Assembly (NCBI RefSeq): GCF_001194135.2
Contig: NC_068986.1
Location: 65,662,400-65,699,702 of the forward strand
Direction of reading: 5' to 3'
Source: Octopus bimaculoides
Lineage: Eukaryota
DNA: 37,303 bases
Part shown: positions 10,613 to 21,720 of the stretch, in pieces
Position numbering within the stretch: position 1 is the first letter of the stretch
How the letters are laid out: every line of letters begins with the position of its first letter
Position numbers and translations under genes: made by a program
Notes under the pieces: model-generated
Seen by the model: only the letters and a program-made list of their open reading frames with translations
Told to the model about the DNA's origin: nothing
The model's database searches: none

Positions 10613-11725
10613 GGGCACAGACGTGGTTGTGTGGTAAGAAGCTTACTTCCCCTCCACATGTTTCCGGGTTCAGTCCCATTGTGTGGCATCTTGGGTAAGT
10701 GCTTCCTACCATAGCCTTGGACCGGCCGCGAATTTTTTTCCCACGAGAGTTCTGGACCCCAGTTATAGACTCATTTGCATGCAGCCAATCAGAGCTCTAT
10801 AGACCAGTGTCATAGAATTAAATATAATAATTATAATAAATAGTTCTATAATTACTAGTAATAATATAATAGTACTCACACATTTTCGTGACTTTTTGTT
10901 TTTGTTTCTTTTTGTACAAAAGCTCATAAAATGAATAAAATTCGTTTTTCACTGAAGACCACAGGAAAATCCACATGTGGGACTCGGATAGATATATTAA
11001 TACACACACGTCTATAATTCGTATCAATGAATCGATGTGTATTTATAAAACCTTCAAGTAGTTTCCGTACTTTCATATTCGTCAAAAACATTATGTTTTA
11101 TTGCTGTAGTAACTCAAACTTACCTCTAACCAGCGTATGCGTTCGATGATATTGGCACAATACAAGACTCGCATAGCAATCGGAGGTTGCCATTTAGAAT
11201 GCCAACCTTTGTTAAATTGACTACAAGATTAAGGTGAGCTTTGATTGGCTGTATGCAAATAAGTTCATTACTGGGGTCAGGAACTCTCGTGGGAAAAAGA
11301 AATTTCGCGGGCCGGCCAACGCCTTGTGAATGGGTTTGGTAGACGGAAAGTGAAAAAAGCCCATCGTATGTATGTATGTATGTATGTATGTATGTATGTA
11401 TGTATGTATGTATGTATGTATGTATGTACGTATTTATGTTTGTGTACATGTAATTATGTATGTATGTATGTATGCATGTATATATACATATATATATGTA
11501 TGTATGTTTTTGTGCCTGTTTTTGTCCCCCCCCCTCTGCTTGGCAACCAGTGTTGGTGTGTTTACGTCCCCATAACTTAGCTGTTTGACAAAGAGACCGA
11601 CAGAATAATTATCAGTCTTCAGAAGAAAATAAATTGGGATCTATTCTTTCGACTATAAGTCCTTCAAGGCGGTGCTCCCGTTTGGCCATAGTCTAACGAC
11701 CGAAACAAGTAAATAATGAAAGATG
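10613..11725 (+). mobile_element. tRNA-derived SINE (family B) with internal (TATG)n, interrupted by a TIR element
   Basis: A-box TGGTTGTGTGGT at ~10624 and B-box GGGTTCAGTCCC at 10666-10677. The body resumes at 11309 (CCTTGTGAATGGGTTTGGTAGACGGAAA) and the tail ends ...GAAACAAGTAAA. It is colinear with the copies at 16923-17354 and 24154-24771. Confidence 0.9.
10728..11308. mobile_element. Non-autonomous DNA transposon / MITE with ~70-bp TIRs, possibly Mutator-like
   Basis: TIRs at 10728-10797 and 11236-11308 differ by 8 substitutions and a 3-nt indel. The flanking duplication is GGACCGGCC (10719-10727) / GGGCCGGCC (11309-11317). The interior is AT-rich with no transposase-like ORF. Confidence 0.85.
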
Positions 11726-12289
11726 AAAATAAACAAAAAATATTATGTAAATTTATATATAATATTTTAATTAGATTTTAATATGTTTATATAAATACAC
11801 AGATATTCTTGCATCCTTACATCCCCCCCTTCCACCACAATAATAATGTTTAAGTATAATCTCTGTTTTACGTCACCACAAGTGCAACAGAGTAGTAAGC
11901 GTAATATTATGCTAAGATGAGATTCACACAATTAACTATGTCAACGGTAGCGCAGTTTGTCTGTCATTCGGCCCCGCTAGGTCCCTGAGACAGTCAAGCT
12001 GCTTTATCATAGTATTTTCTTTCTGTGCCCCCTTTAGTTTCCACAAGAAAATAACAATAAAAAATGGCCGCCTTTGTGTCCAAACCTGACTCATAGCCGG
12101 AAGGAGAGGGATAGCGAAGAAGAAGTGGTGTGAGAGGTGGAGGAGTGAGAGCAGATGCAACCTGATTCTTGGATATGGATCCAGTGACTGGCTTTACTCA
12201 TAGTAAAACAACTCACATTAAAGATTTCATCTGTTACTGACTGTATCTATTGTTTTGTTGCTTTCTTGCATTTATTTCTCCGTTGCATC

Positions 12290-12616
12290 TGCCTGTCTCT
12301 CTATCATCCATCTTCTTCTCTTTCCCCTTCCTCTCTCTTTCACTCATTCTCTCTTTCTCCGTCTCTATCTATCTATCTATCTATCTATTTATCCATCCAT
12401 CCATCCAACCATCCATCCATCCATCTAGCTAGCTAGCTGTCTCTCTGTCTGTTTGTCTGACTGCCTGCCTGCCTGCGCGCCTGTCTGTCTGTCTATCTGT
12501 TTATCTCTCTCCCTTCCTCTCATCGTGATTCCTACTTCTTATCTGTTCAGTCAGACACTGTTTATGATGCCCTCCCTATGTCTCCCTTCAATTTTTTTTT
12601 TACAGATATATGCATG

Positions 12617-12648
<32 letters not shown>

Positions 12649-12681
12649 TAGATAGACAAACAGATAGATAGACAAACAGAC

Positions 12682-12746
<65 letters not shown>

Positions 12747-13120
12747 TACACACCTACATATGTATCTACCGTTATCATTTTACTTGTATATACATATATA
12801 TATGTGTGTAACTATATGTGTTTCTGTGTGTGTGTGACTGTGTGTGTGTGCGTGTGTTTGAGTGTACGTCTGTGTACGTATTGATGTATGTATGTATCTA
12901 TGTATATATATGTTTAATTTGTCCCTGTCTCTGTGTCACTATATCAGCCTTTTTGTCTCCCCGACATCTTTTTATTTCTCTCTCTCTCTCGCTTTCCCTG
13001 TCTCTCTTTCTGCCTTTACTCTCCCTCCCTCCCTCTCTTCCGTTTTTCGTCTTTACGCCCCTAATAGCTCCCTATTCCGTTCCATCGCTTCCATTTTCCC
13101 CACAAATTTACCGATTTCTC
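12290..13120. repeat. Compound simple repeats (CT, ATCT, ATCC, GTCT, AGAC, AGAT, GT)
   Basis: Direct reading. Confidence 0.9.
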
Positions 13121-13194
13121 CTCTAAATATTTTTTACTGGTGTTGTCACACGCTAAACCGACAATCAAGTAAAACTATTATTTAAGACACAAAT

Positions 13195-13585
13195 AATATC
13201 AACACCACAATCACCAGCGCAACCACCACAACCACCACAACCACCACAACTGTCACTACTTCCACTGTTGTCAACCACCATCTCCACCACTACTATCATC
13301 AAACAACCAACTAGCACCATTACCACCGCTAAAACAATCGTTTCAACTACCACCTCCTCCATCATTATCACGACCACACTACTACCTCTATTATCGCCAA
13401 CACCTTCCTTCCCAACTACCATCATTTCCACCAATACCGCTACCATCACCACCACCACCAGCCAGCCAGCTATCATTACTATCACCTCACTTTCATGATC
13501 GCCACTATTATCACAACCACCATCACCACTTGCATTATTATCACCATCCCACCATAATCTCCACCGTTACCAGCAGCAGCAAAGA
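13195..13585. repeat. Degenerate (CAC/CAT/CAA)n low-complexity tract
   Basis: Direct reading; it explains the Thr- and Val-rich ORFs at 13165-13498. Confidence 0.85.
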
Positions 13586-13609
13586 CATGCTTCTTTTATT
13601 TCTGCCCCG

Positions 13610-13800
13610 TAAGTATTAGAGGGCAACGTGACAGAGCCGTCCGAGCAACAATGTTTCTTTTAACCACTCATTGTTCGCAGTTCATATCCTACAAGGTTCA
13701 ATGTTTTCTTTCATCGGAATCAATGAAATAAGTACCATTTATGGATTAAGACTAATTTAATCGACTACATTCCCTCCCAGAATTTGTAATCTTGGGTTGA
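13610..13800 (+). mobile_element. Old degenerate family-A-like SINE
   Basis: Residual motifs GTTCATATCC, TTTCATC, AAATAAGTACCA and TAATCGACT occur in the same order as in 24381-24615. Confidence 0.45.
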
Positions 13801-16076
13801 TTGACGGAATCGTTACGGCGGTATAATTTTTCCGATTTTTACACCGATATCAAATTTGATGTTTATTTAATAGCAGAAAGCACCGGTCAAGTACTAGGAT
13901 CAATCTAAACACTTCATCCCTCCTTGAACAATCCTTGAGCTTAAAATAAGAATCAAGTTCGATTGTTATGTTTTAGACATCCTCAACTACAGGACGGAAT
14001 TGATGTCATCTTGAACACCTTTTCTATAAGGAATATTATGAAGATCTATAAATTTTTGCATCAAAATTAAAATAAAATTTATGGAATATCGAATTCCCAG
14101 GGATCTTTTGAATTAATAATTATGAATGAATTAACAATGTCAAATGGTACGAAGATATTTTTTTTTTGCCTATTTGGGACAATGAAACAGAGAAAACGTA
14201 ACTGTTAAAACTTGACCCATGTATCTATCACTTGCAGAGCAACTACGTCAGAACATCTGCTACAACCTCTCACACAAATTGGACACATAAATCTTTTTTT
14301 CTTATTCATTTTCCGGCCTTTTTTCTTTTTTCTTTTACTTTCTACAAAATAATTGGCCAGTTACTTAGCGCAACCGGACAAGTTATATTAATTATAATAC
14401 ATAATTAATCGGAAAAGACTATAAATTTGTTTTGAGAAGTGATATGATCAAGAGACAAAAAGGTCGACAGCCCGTCTGGGTGCCAGTCAGTGTAAATTAT
14501 TAGAAGAGAATTTATTGATCTGGTCAAATAGCTTTTTCCGTTGAACATATTTCAGAATACCATTGATTTAAGTGGTTCTCTATTCTAAATGTAGAAGTTG
14601 TTTTGATAAAGTTGAACCTTACATAACTATCAGTGACCAAATTATCTTGCTTATTTATCTCAGACCAAGGTAATTAAGTCCCTTGCAACAAACAGTATTG
14701 AACAGCGATGAGTGTTTAGTCATTTTGCTTCAAGGAATAGTAAAGGGGTGGTTTTGAGGTTCATGTCATTGCCACTGACCTTACTGATAAGAAAACAACT
14801 AAGCTAGTTATACACGAGGGATCGAAACTGGGTTACAAACTTGGCTTAACTACAGCTATCCTTCTCTCACAGTATAGCCGTTATCAAGCTATCATAATAA
14901 AATTGTGATTACCGTATTGATGTAAGAGTCAACCAGAAATGATCATACAACCTATAGGTGATGCTTTTGATAAAAATCAGTTCCACTGAGTATAGCTTCT
15001 GTTATACAAACTGAAATAGATCACGGTGGAATAGATAAGAGCTCTACCCCACCAATCTTATACATAATGTATTGAGTCTTAATGCTATATACAGTTTAGT
15101 TTTGTTTTATGAAATTATGCCTATCCATATCCTTACTACGATGCTACATTGATATTGCTATAAGATAATCCCTGTCACATGATACCAATGTTATCTTTAA
15201 AATTGTGATAGTATTGCCACGATCTTGCTTTAAACTTACCATTCAGCAAATGTAATAATTCTCTCAGATTAAAGTTAAGAACCGGTAACCTGTTCACACA
15301 TTTATATCTGGTGATTCAATCGATACACGGTTATTTTCCACTCAGTTGTTTTCGATTCAGCGTTAGATGAAGCTTATCTTTACTATCTACGCTATACGAA
15401 AGTGGGTTGGACGAGAAGCCCCCATGGTCGTTTGACTACCACTAGCTAGCGACACCTAAAAATTATAAAGATCTTTTATATGGAGTGGACTAGGTCTGAA
15501 ATATTTGTGAAGATTGTTAATTTCAAATTAATTTAAATAAGATCTTCCCTAACAACTGTTAAGTAAATGTAAACATGATTAGCTTTGGTGTGAAGTTTGC
15601 TTCAATTAAGAAAGTGTTTATATAATTAAAAAGTAGTGTGTCATGATATGTTGCCTCTACACAGCATAGGATCTCTTATGACAATGGAACCCTTCGAAAA
15701 AGCAATTTTCAGGAACTGAATGATAGATCGAGGCACTTGTTAGAAAAAGCAATAAAATCGTCTTAAAATCATAATAATAAAATAAAGAACTTTGAAATTC
15801 GTTTTGTTAAAGAATTTCATATTGGATGATGTAAAACTGAATTGACAAAAAGACAGGATCGAAAAGACTAGAATTCCTTTGATCCGAATTTCGCTCGATC
15901 ACGGCTGACCCGGGGATAAAATAAAAGCAACACATGGTGTGGTTGTTTATTAAGTATTTCTTTACTATTCAGAGTATCTGTTCATGACGGAGAGAAAGAA
16001 CAAAATGAAATGTTTAGAAGATAAAATACTGCAAAGTAAATAACTAAAAAATATAACAGGAGACACAATTATACCA

Positions 16077-16077
<1 letters not shown>

Positions 16078-16142
<65 letters not shown>
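16078..16142. repeat. (AGT)n microsatellite
   Basis: Direct reading. Confidence 0.95.
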
Positions 16143-16184
16143 ATGCAAGAGTTGATGGAATCCTAGGAAAAACTTTCTTCTGCT

Positions 16185-16530
16185 ATTTAGCTGCATTTCA
16201 TTATGTCCTGAGTTCATATCCCACGGATGTCAACTTTGCTTTTTATCCAACTTGCCTTTCATCTTTCGATAACAACGTATCAGTCCAGTACCTAAGATCG
16301 ATTTCATCGATTAAACCGTCGCCCAGTATTATTCCAAACAGAATCATTAAAACACCTTCCGGTATTTCTTTCATCTCTTTATTTTCAAAGTGCGAATCCC
16401 GCCAAGGTCATCTTTGCCTCTCATCCTTTAAGGATCAATAATATAAAATGCCAGTCAAGTGCTTGGATGAATGCCGTCGATTAACCCCTTCTCCTAAATG
16501 ATTATTGGCTGCGCTAAAATCAGAAGCAAT
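16185..16530 (+). mobile_element. Two degenerate family-A SINE fragments (~16185-16350 and ~16390-16530)
   Basis: GAGTTCATATCCCACGGATGTCAACTTTGC and GAATCCCGCCAAGGTCATCTTTGCCTCTCATCCTT match the family-A B-box and body. Confidence 0.55.
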
Positions 16531-16922
16531 TGTTATTACTATTAAAAATTCGGTATACAATATCAAATTAAAATAGCCATTGGCAAATCAATGGAGTGTA
16601 TACATTCAGTATGATACATCGATGACTATTATTATTAAATTTTGAAGCGGACGAATGTGTCTGACAGAGCCTCCACTTAGAAGATGATCTTTTAATCCCA
16701 TTTTACATAAAGGTATTCTTTTATTCCCGTTTTATTAAGAAGTCTTCCAAGTGATTTATGAGTCGATCACATTGAACGAAGAGGAGAAAAAGTTTGTCTC
16801 GTCGTTAAAATGTTTTTACGTTATTTGTATTTCAAAAATGACTTCTATCTTAGCAGAGGGAAGAAATGCTCATTTCAATGGTGGTAAGTCTGGCAAAAAA
16901 AGGGCTATTTAGATATATTTTA

Positions 16923-17136
16923 TCTTTTCTTTTACCTTTTACTTGTTTCAGTCATTAGATTGCAGCCATGCTGGCGCATCGCTTTGAACCTTTTTCAGCC
17001 GAATGAATTGACCCTAGTACTTATTTTTTTTAAAGCCTGGTACTTATTCTATCGATCTCTTTTGCCGAACTACTATGTTACGAGGAGGCAAACATCAACA
17101 CCGGTTGTCTTCTACGACTAGTACTACTACTACTAT

Positions 17137-17198
<62 letters not shown>

Positions 17199-17354
17199 GA
17201 CGGATTTCTTTCAGTTTCCGTCTACCAAATCCACTCACAAGGCCTTGGTAGCCCCAAGGCTACAGTAGAAGACACTTGCCCAAGTTGCAACAGGACTGAA
17301 CCCGGAACCATGTGGTTGGGAAGCAAGCTTTTTACCATACAGCTATGCCTGCGC
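16923..17354 (-). mobile_element. Complete tRNA-derived SINE (family B) with internal (TA)n
   Basis: The reverse complement begins GCGCAGGCATAGCTGTATGGTAAAAAGCTTGCTTCCCAACCACATGGTTCCGGGTTCAGTCC. Body and tail are colinear with the other family-B copies. Confidence 0.9.
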
Positions 17355-17959
17355 TTAAATGTTTTCAAATACAAAGACTGTCGAAAGAAACTGACAATAT
17401 TAAACCAGCAGAAATATATTTTAAATCCAAATAGCTACAGTTAGAAGTAGTAAAGTAAAAAGGGTGTACTGTTGAAAATTTTGAATTATAAAATAGCGAG
17501 AACACTACCACTCTCAACAATATCTACATTATGTTAGCTTTTGCGTCTGAGAAAGAAGTTTGAAGCCATGTGTAGCTCCACTGCTACACGCCTAACCACA
17601 GGTTGGTGCTGCAGTATATGAGCAAAGTAGCAAATTAGTCACGAGCAGAGATATCGGTAGCGATGTGGATCTTTAGCTTGTCACTTTTGACTACAAGCAC
17701 AATACTGGAAGGTGGTGAATGCAGAGCTAATCTGCAACAACATGCAGTGAGGAGGGAGCCTTCATTGACCGCCAATATTCTAATGTCTCCGATGACAACA
17801 AAGTCACTCGAAAATTATATTCCATAATGGAAGTGGAGGACATTGTTAAAAGGAGGAAAGACAGCGACAAAAAGAAAGGCTTATTGTACAAGTATATGTA
17901 TTGTATGGAGAGTTTGCTGCTCAAGTTATGTTATTGAAATGAAAGTGTCTTGCCTAGGA

Positions 17960-19250
17960 TGTGAGCTAAATAGAACTATCTCCAATTATTACTGTTTAAA
18001 TTTAATTTCTTTGTAGTTTGTTATTTTTATTAACATCTTTCAGTCAATGATTTGGTCAGAAGTTTATAAAAATATTGAATTTTTGTTTGATCCACTAGTC
18101 GGTCAAGAGTGGTATGTTAAAGATCATAGTGGTCACGTTGTTGCTATGGTACCATATTTGATACACTTTTAGAGCACTTTGTATCTGTTTCCATTTTGAA
18201 GTGTTACCATATTCCCCAGCAGGCACATCTGTCCATTCAATCATGTCTGAAATTATTCGGACTTGACAAAGACCCGTCATCGTGATATGATGTGGTGAAC
18301 CGTTTCACTGTGCTTGCTGCATAGTTTGTTCTTAATGTCAACATCTTTTCACTATTAACTTTTTGTGCATAGTTATGCTTAATCATTGAAGGCTTTCATT
18401 CTGGCTTACTTCCTTGTTAGTGCTTGCGACGTGTTGGCCACAGAGTGGTTTTTATCCATATTTTCTTCAGTAAATTTTTGTATTCAGTTTTGGTTTTGTC
18501 ACTTGGATTTTTTAACCTTATCTGTTATTTTGCTTTTATCTAAATTTCATTCTTCTGTGTAATCTGTTTCTAGTGAGCAGGACTATTCAAATCAAGCTTC
18601 GCTTCTTGGACAATGAACGGACACATTTGATCATCTACTCCTATATAATTCCGAAAAGCAGACTTGGGGCTAACAACAATAACAGTAACGTTTCAATAAC
18701 ACTTAACAATGGTTGCATTGAAATTTCGGTGTATATCCACAGCTCAATAAGTTTCTCTGACAAAATTGACTCCGGTTCGATTGAGCCAAGTTCAGCTGTC
18801 CAAGCTCAAGACAAACTCGTTCTGACATGCAGCAGAAACTTAAGCAATGTTCATTTGTTGAAGCTATATACTGAGAGAGCTTTAAACTTTCGCTTCTGTG
18901 ATATATCTGACATATATCTTGAGATTGACAAATCAAATAACATGAAAACATAAATGCTACCGTTTAATGGCTGTTTTCTGTCGTATCACTTATTTCCTAA
19001 AGGAACCTGTCTAAAAACAAAAAAATTCTATGAAATTTTTACCCTTGATTTATCTGTAACTTATCGTTTACAACGTAAGACACTGCAGCATAAGTCTTGT
19101 TAGGGTTTTTTTCCTGATGTATATCTCTTATCTGGATTTTTCCTTAACTCTTTAACAAGTTCCACTTCTTGTGCTTGAAAGAATTTTTTGTTTCCTTCTT
19201 CGTGACATTTTTTCAGTGTTTTAAGTAAGAATTTTTCTTTTAATATTTTA
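17960..19250 (-). mobile_element. Old, heavily decayed R4/Dong-like (RLE) LINE fragment
   Basis: Minus-strand motifs occur in the expected order: KPLCGQH...SLQ*L (for KPLHGQY...SxQWL), CSKHSETVHHIISR*RVFVKSE (for CxxxxETVxHIISxCxxLAxxEY), and later VIIG. The upstream part (18570-19250) is only weakly similar. Confidence 0.5.
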
Positions 19251-19281
19251 CAATACATTTTTCTCAAGATATTTCACCATA

Positions 19282-19290
19282 TATACATAG

Positions 19291-19357
<67 letters not shown>

Positions 19358-19388
19358 NNNNNNNNNNNNNNNNNNNNNNNNNNNNNNN

Positions 19389-19430
<42 letters not shown>

Positions 19431-19440
19431 CATGCATGTA
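19282..19440. repeat. (CA)n / gap 19358-19388 / (TA)n
   Basis: Direct reading. Confidence 0.95.
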
Positions 19441-19945
19441 TATAATATTTCCATTAATTTCATTCAATCAAGACTTGATGTAATCCATAGCTGTCCCTTC
19501 ACTAGATGTAGATGCAAAAAAACATGTTTTTTGCTGTATGTAGACAGTCATTATCCTTATTTTCAATGTGTTTTTTTTCCCCTACCACCACGCTTCAAAG
19601 ATCAACTATCCTTGCAATCCAGCTCTTTATCTCTGTTTTTTTTAACAAAATATAAAAAATCCCAGTGCCATCTATATTTTATATAGCCGACATAACTGTT
19701 AAGTCTAATGCAGTTTATGAGTTACGTAAACCACAAAAATATTCAGTCAGCAACTTAAGTCCACAATCGTAATCCCCCTTACGCTTCAATATTAAAATAT
19801 CACATCCCATGCCAATATCTTATCACATCTCTGCTCTTCTATTTTGCCATAACATTTACCCTTCTTTTATTCCCCGACGCCATATTCCTAAATCATGTTC
19901 TTCACATTTATTGATAGTTGTTTTTGCTATAGTTTTTGTAGCGGC

Positions 19946-19960
19946 TGTTGTTGTTGTTGT

Positions 19961-20007
<47 letters not shown>

Positions 20008-20160
20008 TTCTTCTTCTTCTTCTTCTTCTTCTTCTTCTTCTTCTTCTTCTTCTTCTATTACTACTACTGCTGCTGCTACTGCTGCTACTGTTGCTGCTGC
20101 TGCTACTGCTGCTGCTACTGCTGCTGCTACTGCTGCTGATGTTGTTGCTGCTGCAACTAC
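19946..20160. repeat. Compound trinucleotide array (GTT, CTT, CTA, CTG)
   Basis: Direct reading; source of the poly-L/S/R/F ORFs. Confidence 0.95.
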
Positions 20161-20304
20161 ATTTCCTTTTTTCTTTTTCGCCTTCTTCCACTATCAGAAA
20201 TGATACCAATGTTATTGCTTCTCCAACAACGACAACACCAACATCAAGAACAGAAACAAGAACAACAAAATCAACGACAACAATAATAATAATACTTTCT
20301 TTTA

Positions 20305-20474
20305 AAATGATGATGATGAAAGGCATGATGATGAGGAGGAGGAGGAGGAGGGGGACGAGGACGAGGACGAGGACGAGGACGATGACGATGATGATGACGA
20401 TGATGATGATGATGATGATGGTAACGATGACGATGAAGACGATGATAATAATAATGATGATGATAATAATAATA

Positions 20475-20505
<31 letters not shown>

Positions 20506-20513
20506 TAATGATG

Positions 20514-20545
<32 letters not shown>

Positions 20546-20555
20546 GATGATGATG

Positions 20556-20610
<55 letters not shown>
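20305..20610. repeat. Compound trinucleotide array (GAT, GAG, GAC, GAT, AAT)
   Basis: Direct reading; source of the poly-M/I ORFs. Confidence 0.95.
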
Positions 20611-20611
<1 letters not shown>

Positions 20612-20870
20612 TCCGTCTTCATTTCGCCTCTCCATATGTCACACATGTGTAGATGATTAAGGAGATAGCCGATGAAACGGTTTTGTAAGTTTCTTTCTCC
20701 AAGATGGAACATTATATATATTTTGCCATCTCCATGTTAATAGCATCTGGCTAGAATTCAAACAGCTTATCTGAAAGTGTCACACATCGATACAGCAACA
20801 AGACTTCTCCTTATTAACTATAGAAGTGTCTATATACACATACACCAATACACACACAATTGTGCTTATG

Positions 20871-20871
<1 letters not shown>

Positions 20872-20933
<62 letters not shown>
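20872..20933. repeat. (GT)n next to gap 20934-21592
   Basis: Direct reading. Confidence 0.95.
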
Positions 20934-21592
20934 NNNNNNNNNNNNNNNNNNNNNNNNNNNNNNNNNNNNNNNNNNNNNNNNNNNNNNNNNNNNNNNNNNN
21001 NNNNNNNNNNNNNNNNNNNNNNNNNNNNNNNNNNNNNNNNNNNNNNNNNNNNNNNNNNNNNNNNNNNNNNNNNNNNNNNNNNNNNNNNNNNNNNNNNNNN
21101 NNNNNNNNNNNNNNNNNNNNNNNNNNNNNNNNNNNNNNNNNNNNNNNNNNNNNNNNNNNNNNNNNNNNNNNNNNNNNNNNNNNNNNNNNNNNNNNNNNNN
21201 NNNNNNNNNNNNNNNNNNNNNNNNNNNNNNNNNNNNNNNNNNNNNNNNNNNNNNNNNNNNNNNNNNNNNNNNNNNNNNNNNNNNNNNNNNNNNNNNNNNN
21301 NNNNNNNNNNNNNNNNNNNNNNNNNNNNNNNNNNNNNNNNNNNNNNNNNNNNNNNNNNNNNNNNNNNNNNNNNNNNNNNNNNNNNNNNNNNNNNNNNNNN
21401 NNNNNNNNNNNNNNNNNNNNNNNNNNNNNNNNNNNNNNNNNNNNNNNNNNNNNNNNNNNNNNNNNNNNNNNNNNNNNNNNNNNNNNNNNNNNNNNNNNNN
21501 NNNNNNNNNNNNNNNNNNNNNNNNNNNNNNNNNNNNNNNNNNNNNNNNNNNNNNNNNNNNNNNNNNNNNNNNNNNNNNNNNNNNNNNNNNNN

Positions 21593-21720
21593 TAACCATA
21601 AGAGCACCACAGAAAACCACAGCACATACCCATGGCGCACAGAGCTACGCTCGGTAGTGAAGTGAAAGCATGTTATAAAAATAAAACTACTGAACAATAA
21701 TAATAATAATAATAATAATA
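21593..21720 (+). mobile_element. 3' UTR and (AAT)n tail of an R4/Dong-like LINE (body may lie in the gap)
   Basis: About 7 differences over ~110 bp from the reverse complement of the LINE 3' UTR at 37000-37102. Confidence 0.85.

Noticed and set aside
13800-16070. Long complex AT-rich stretch searched for exons and TE proteins
   Set aside because: There is no ORF of 60 aa or more in the track and no motif I recognise; only scattered SINE-like scraps.
17730-17940. Open stretch EVEDIVKRRKDSDKKKGLLYK, vaguely chromodomain-like
   Set aside because: It lacks the conserved VKW and aromatic-cage residues and has no convincing splice-site pair.
18573-18953. 126-aa plus-strand ORF, considered as an inverted LINE piece (twin priming) or a host exon
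   Set aside because: It starts at GTG with no clear motif, and the minus strand of the same region fits the decayed R4/Dong-like LINE at least as well.
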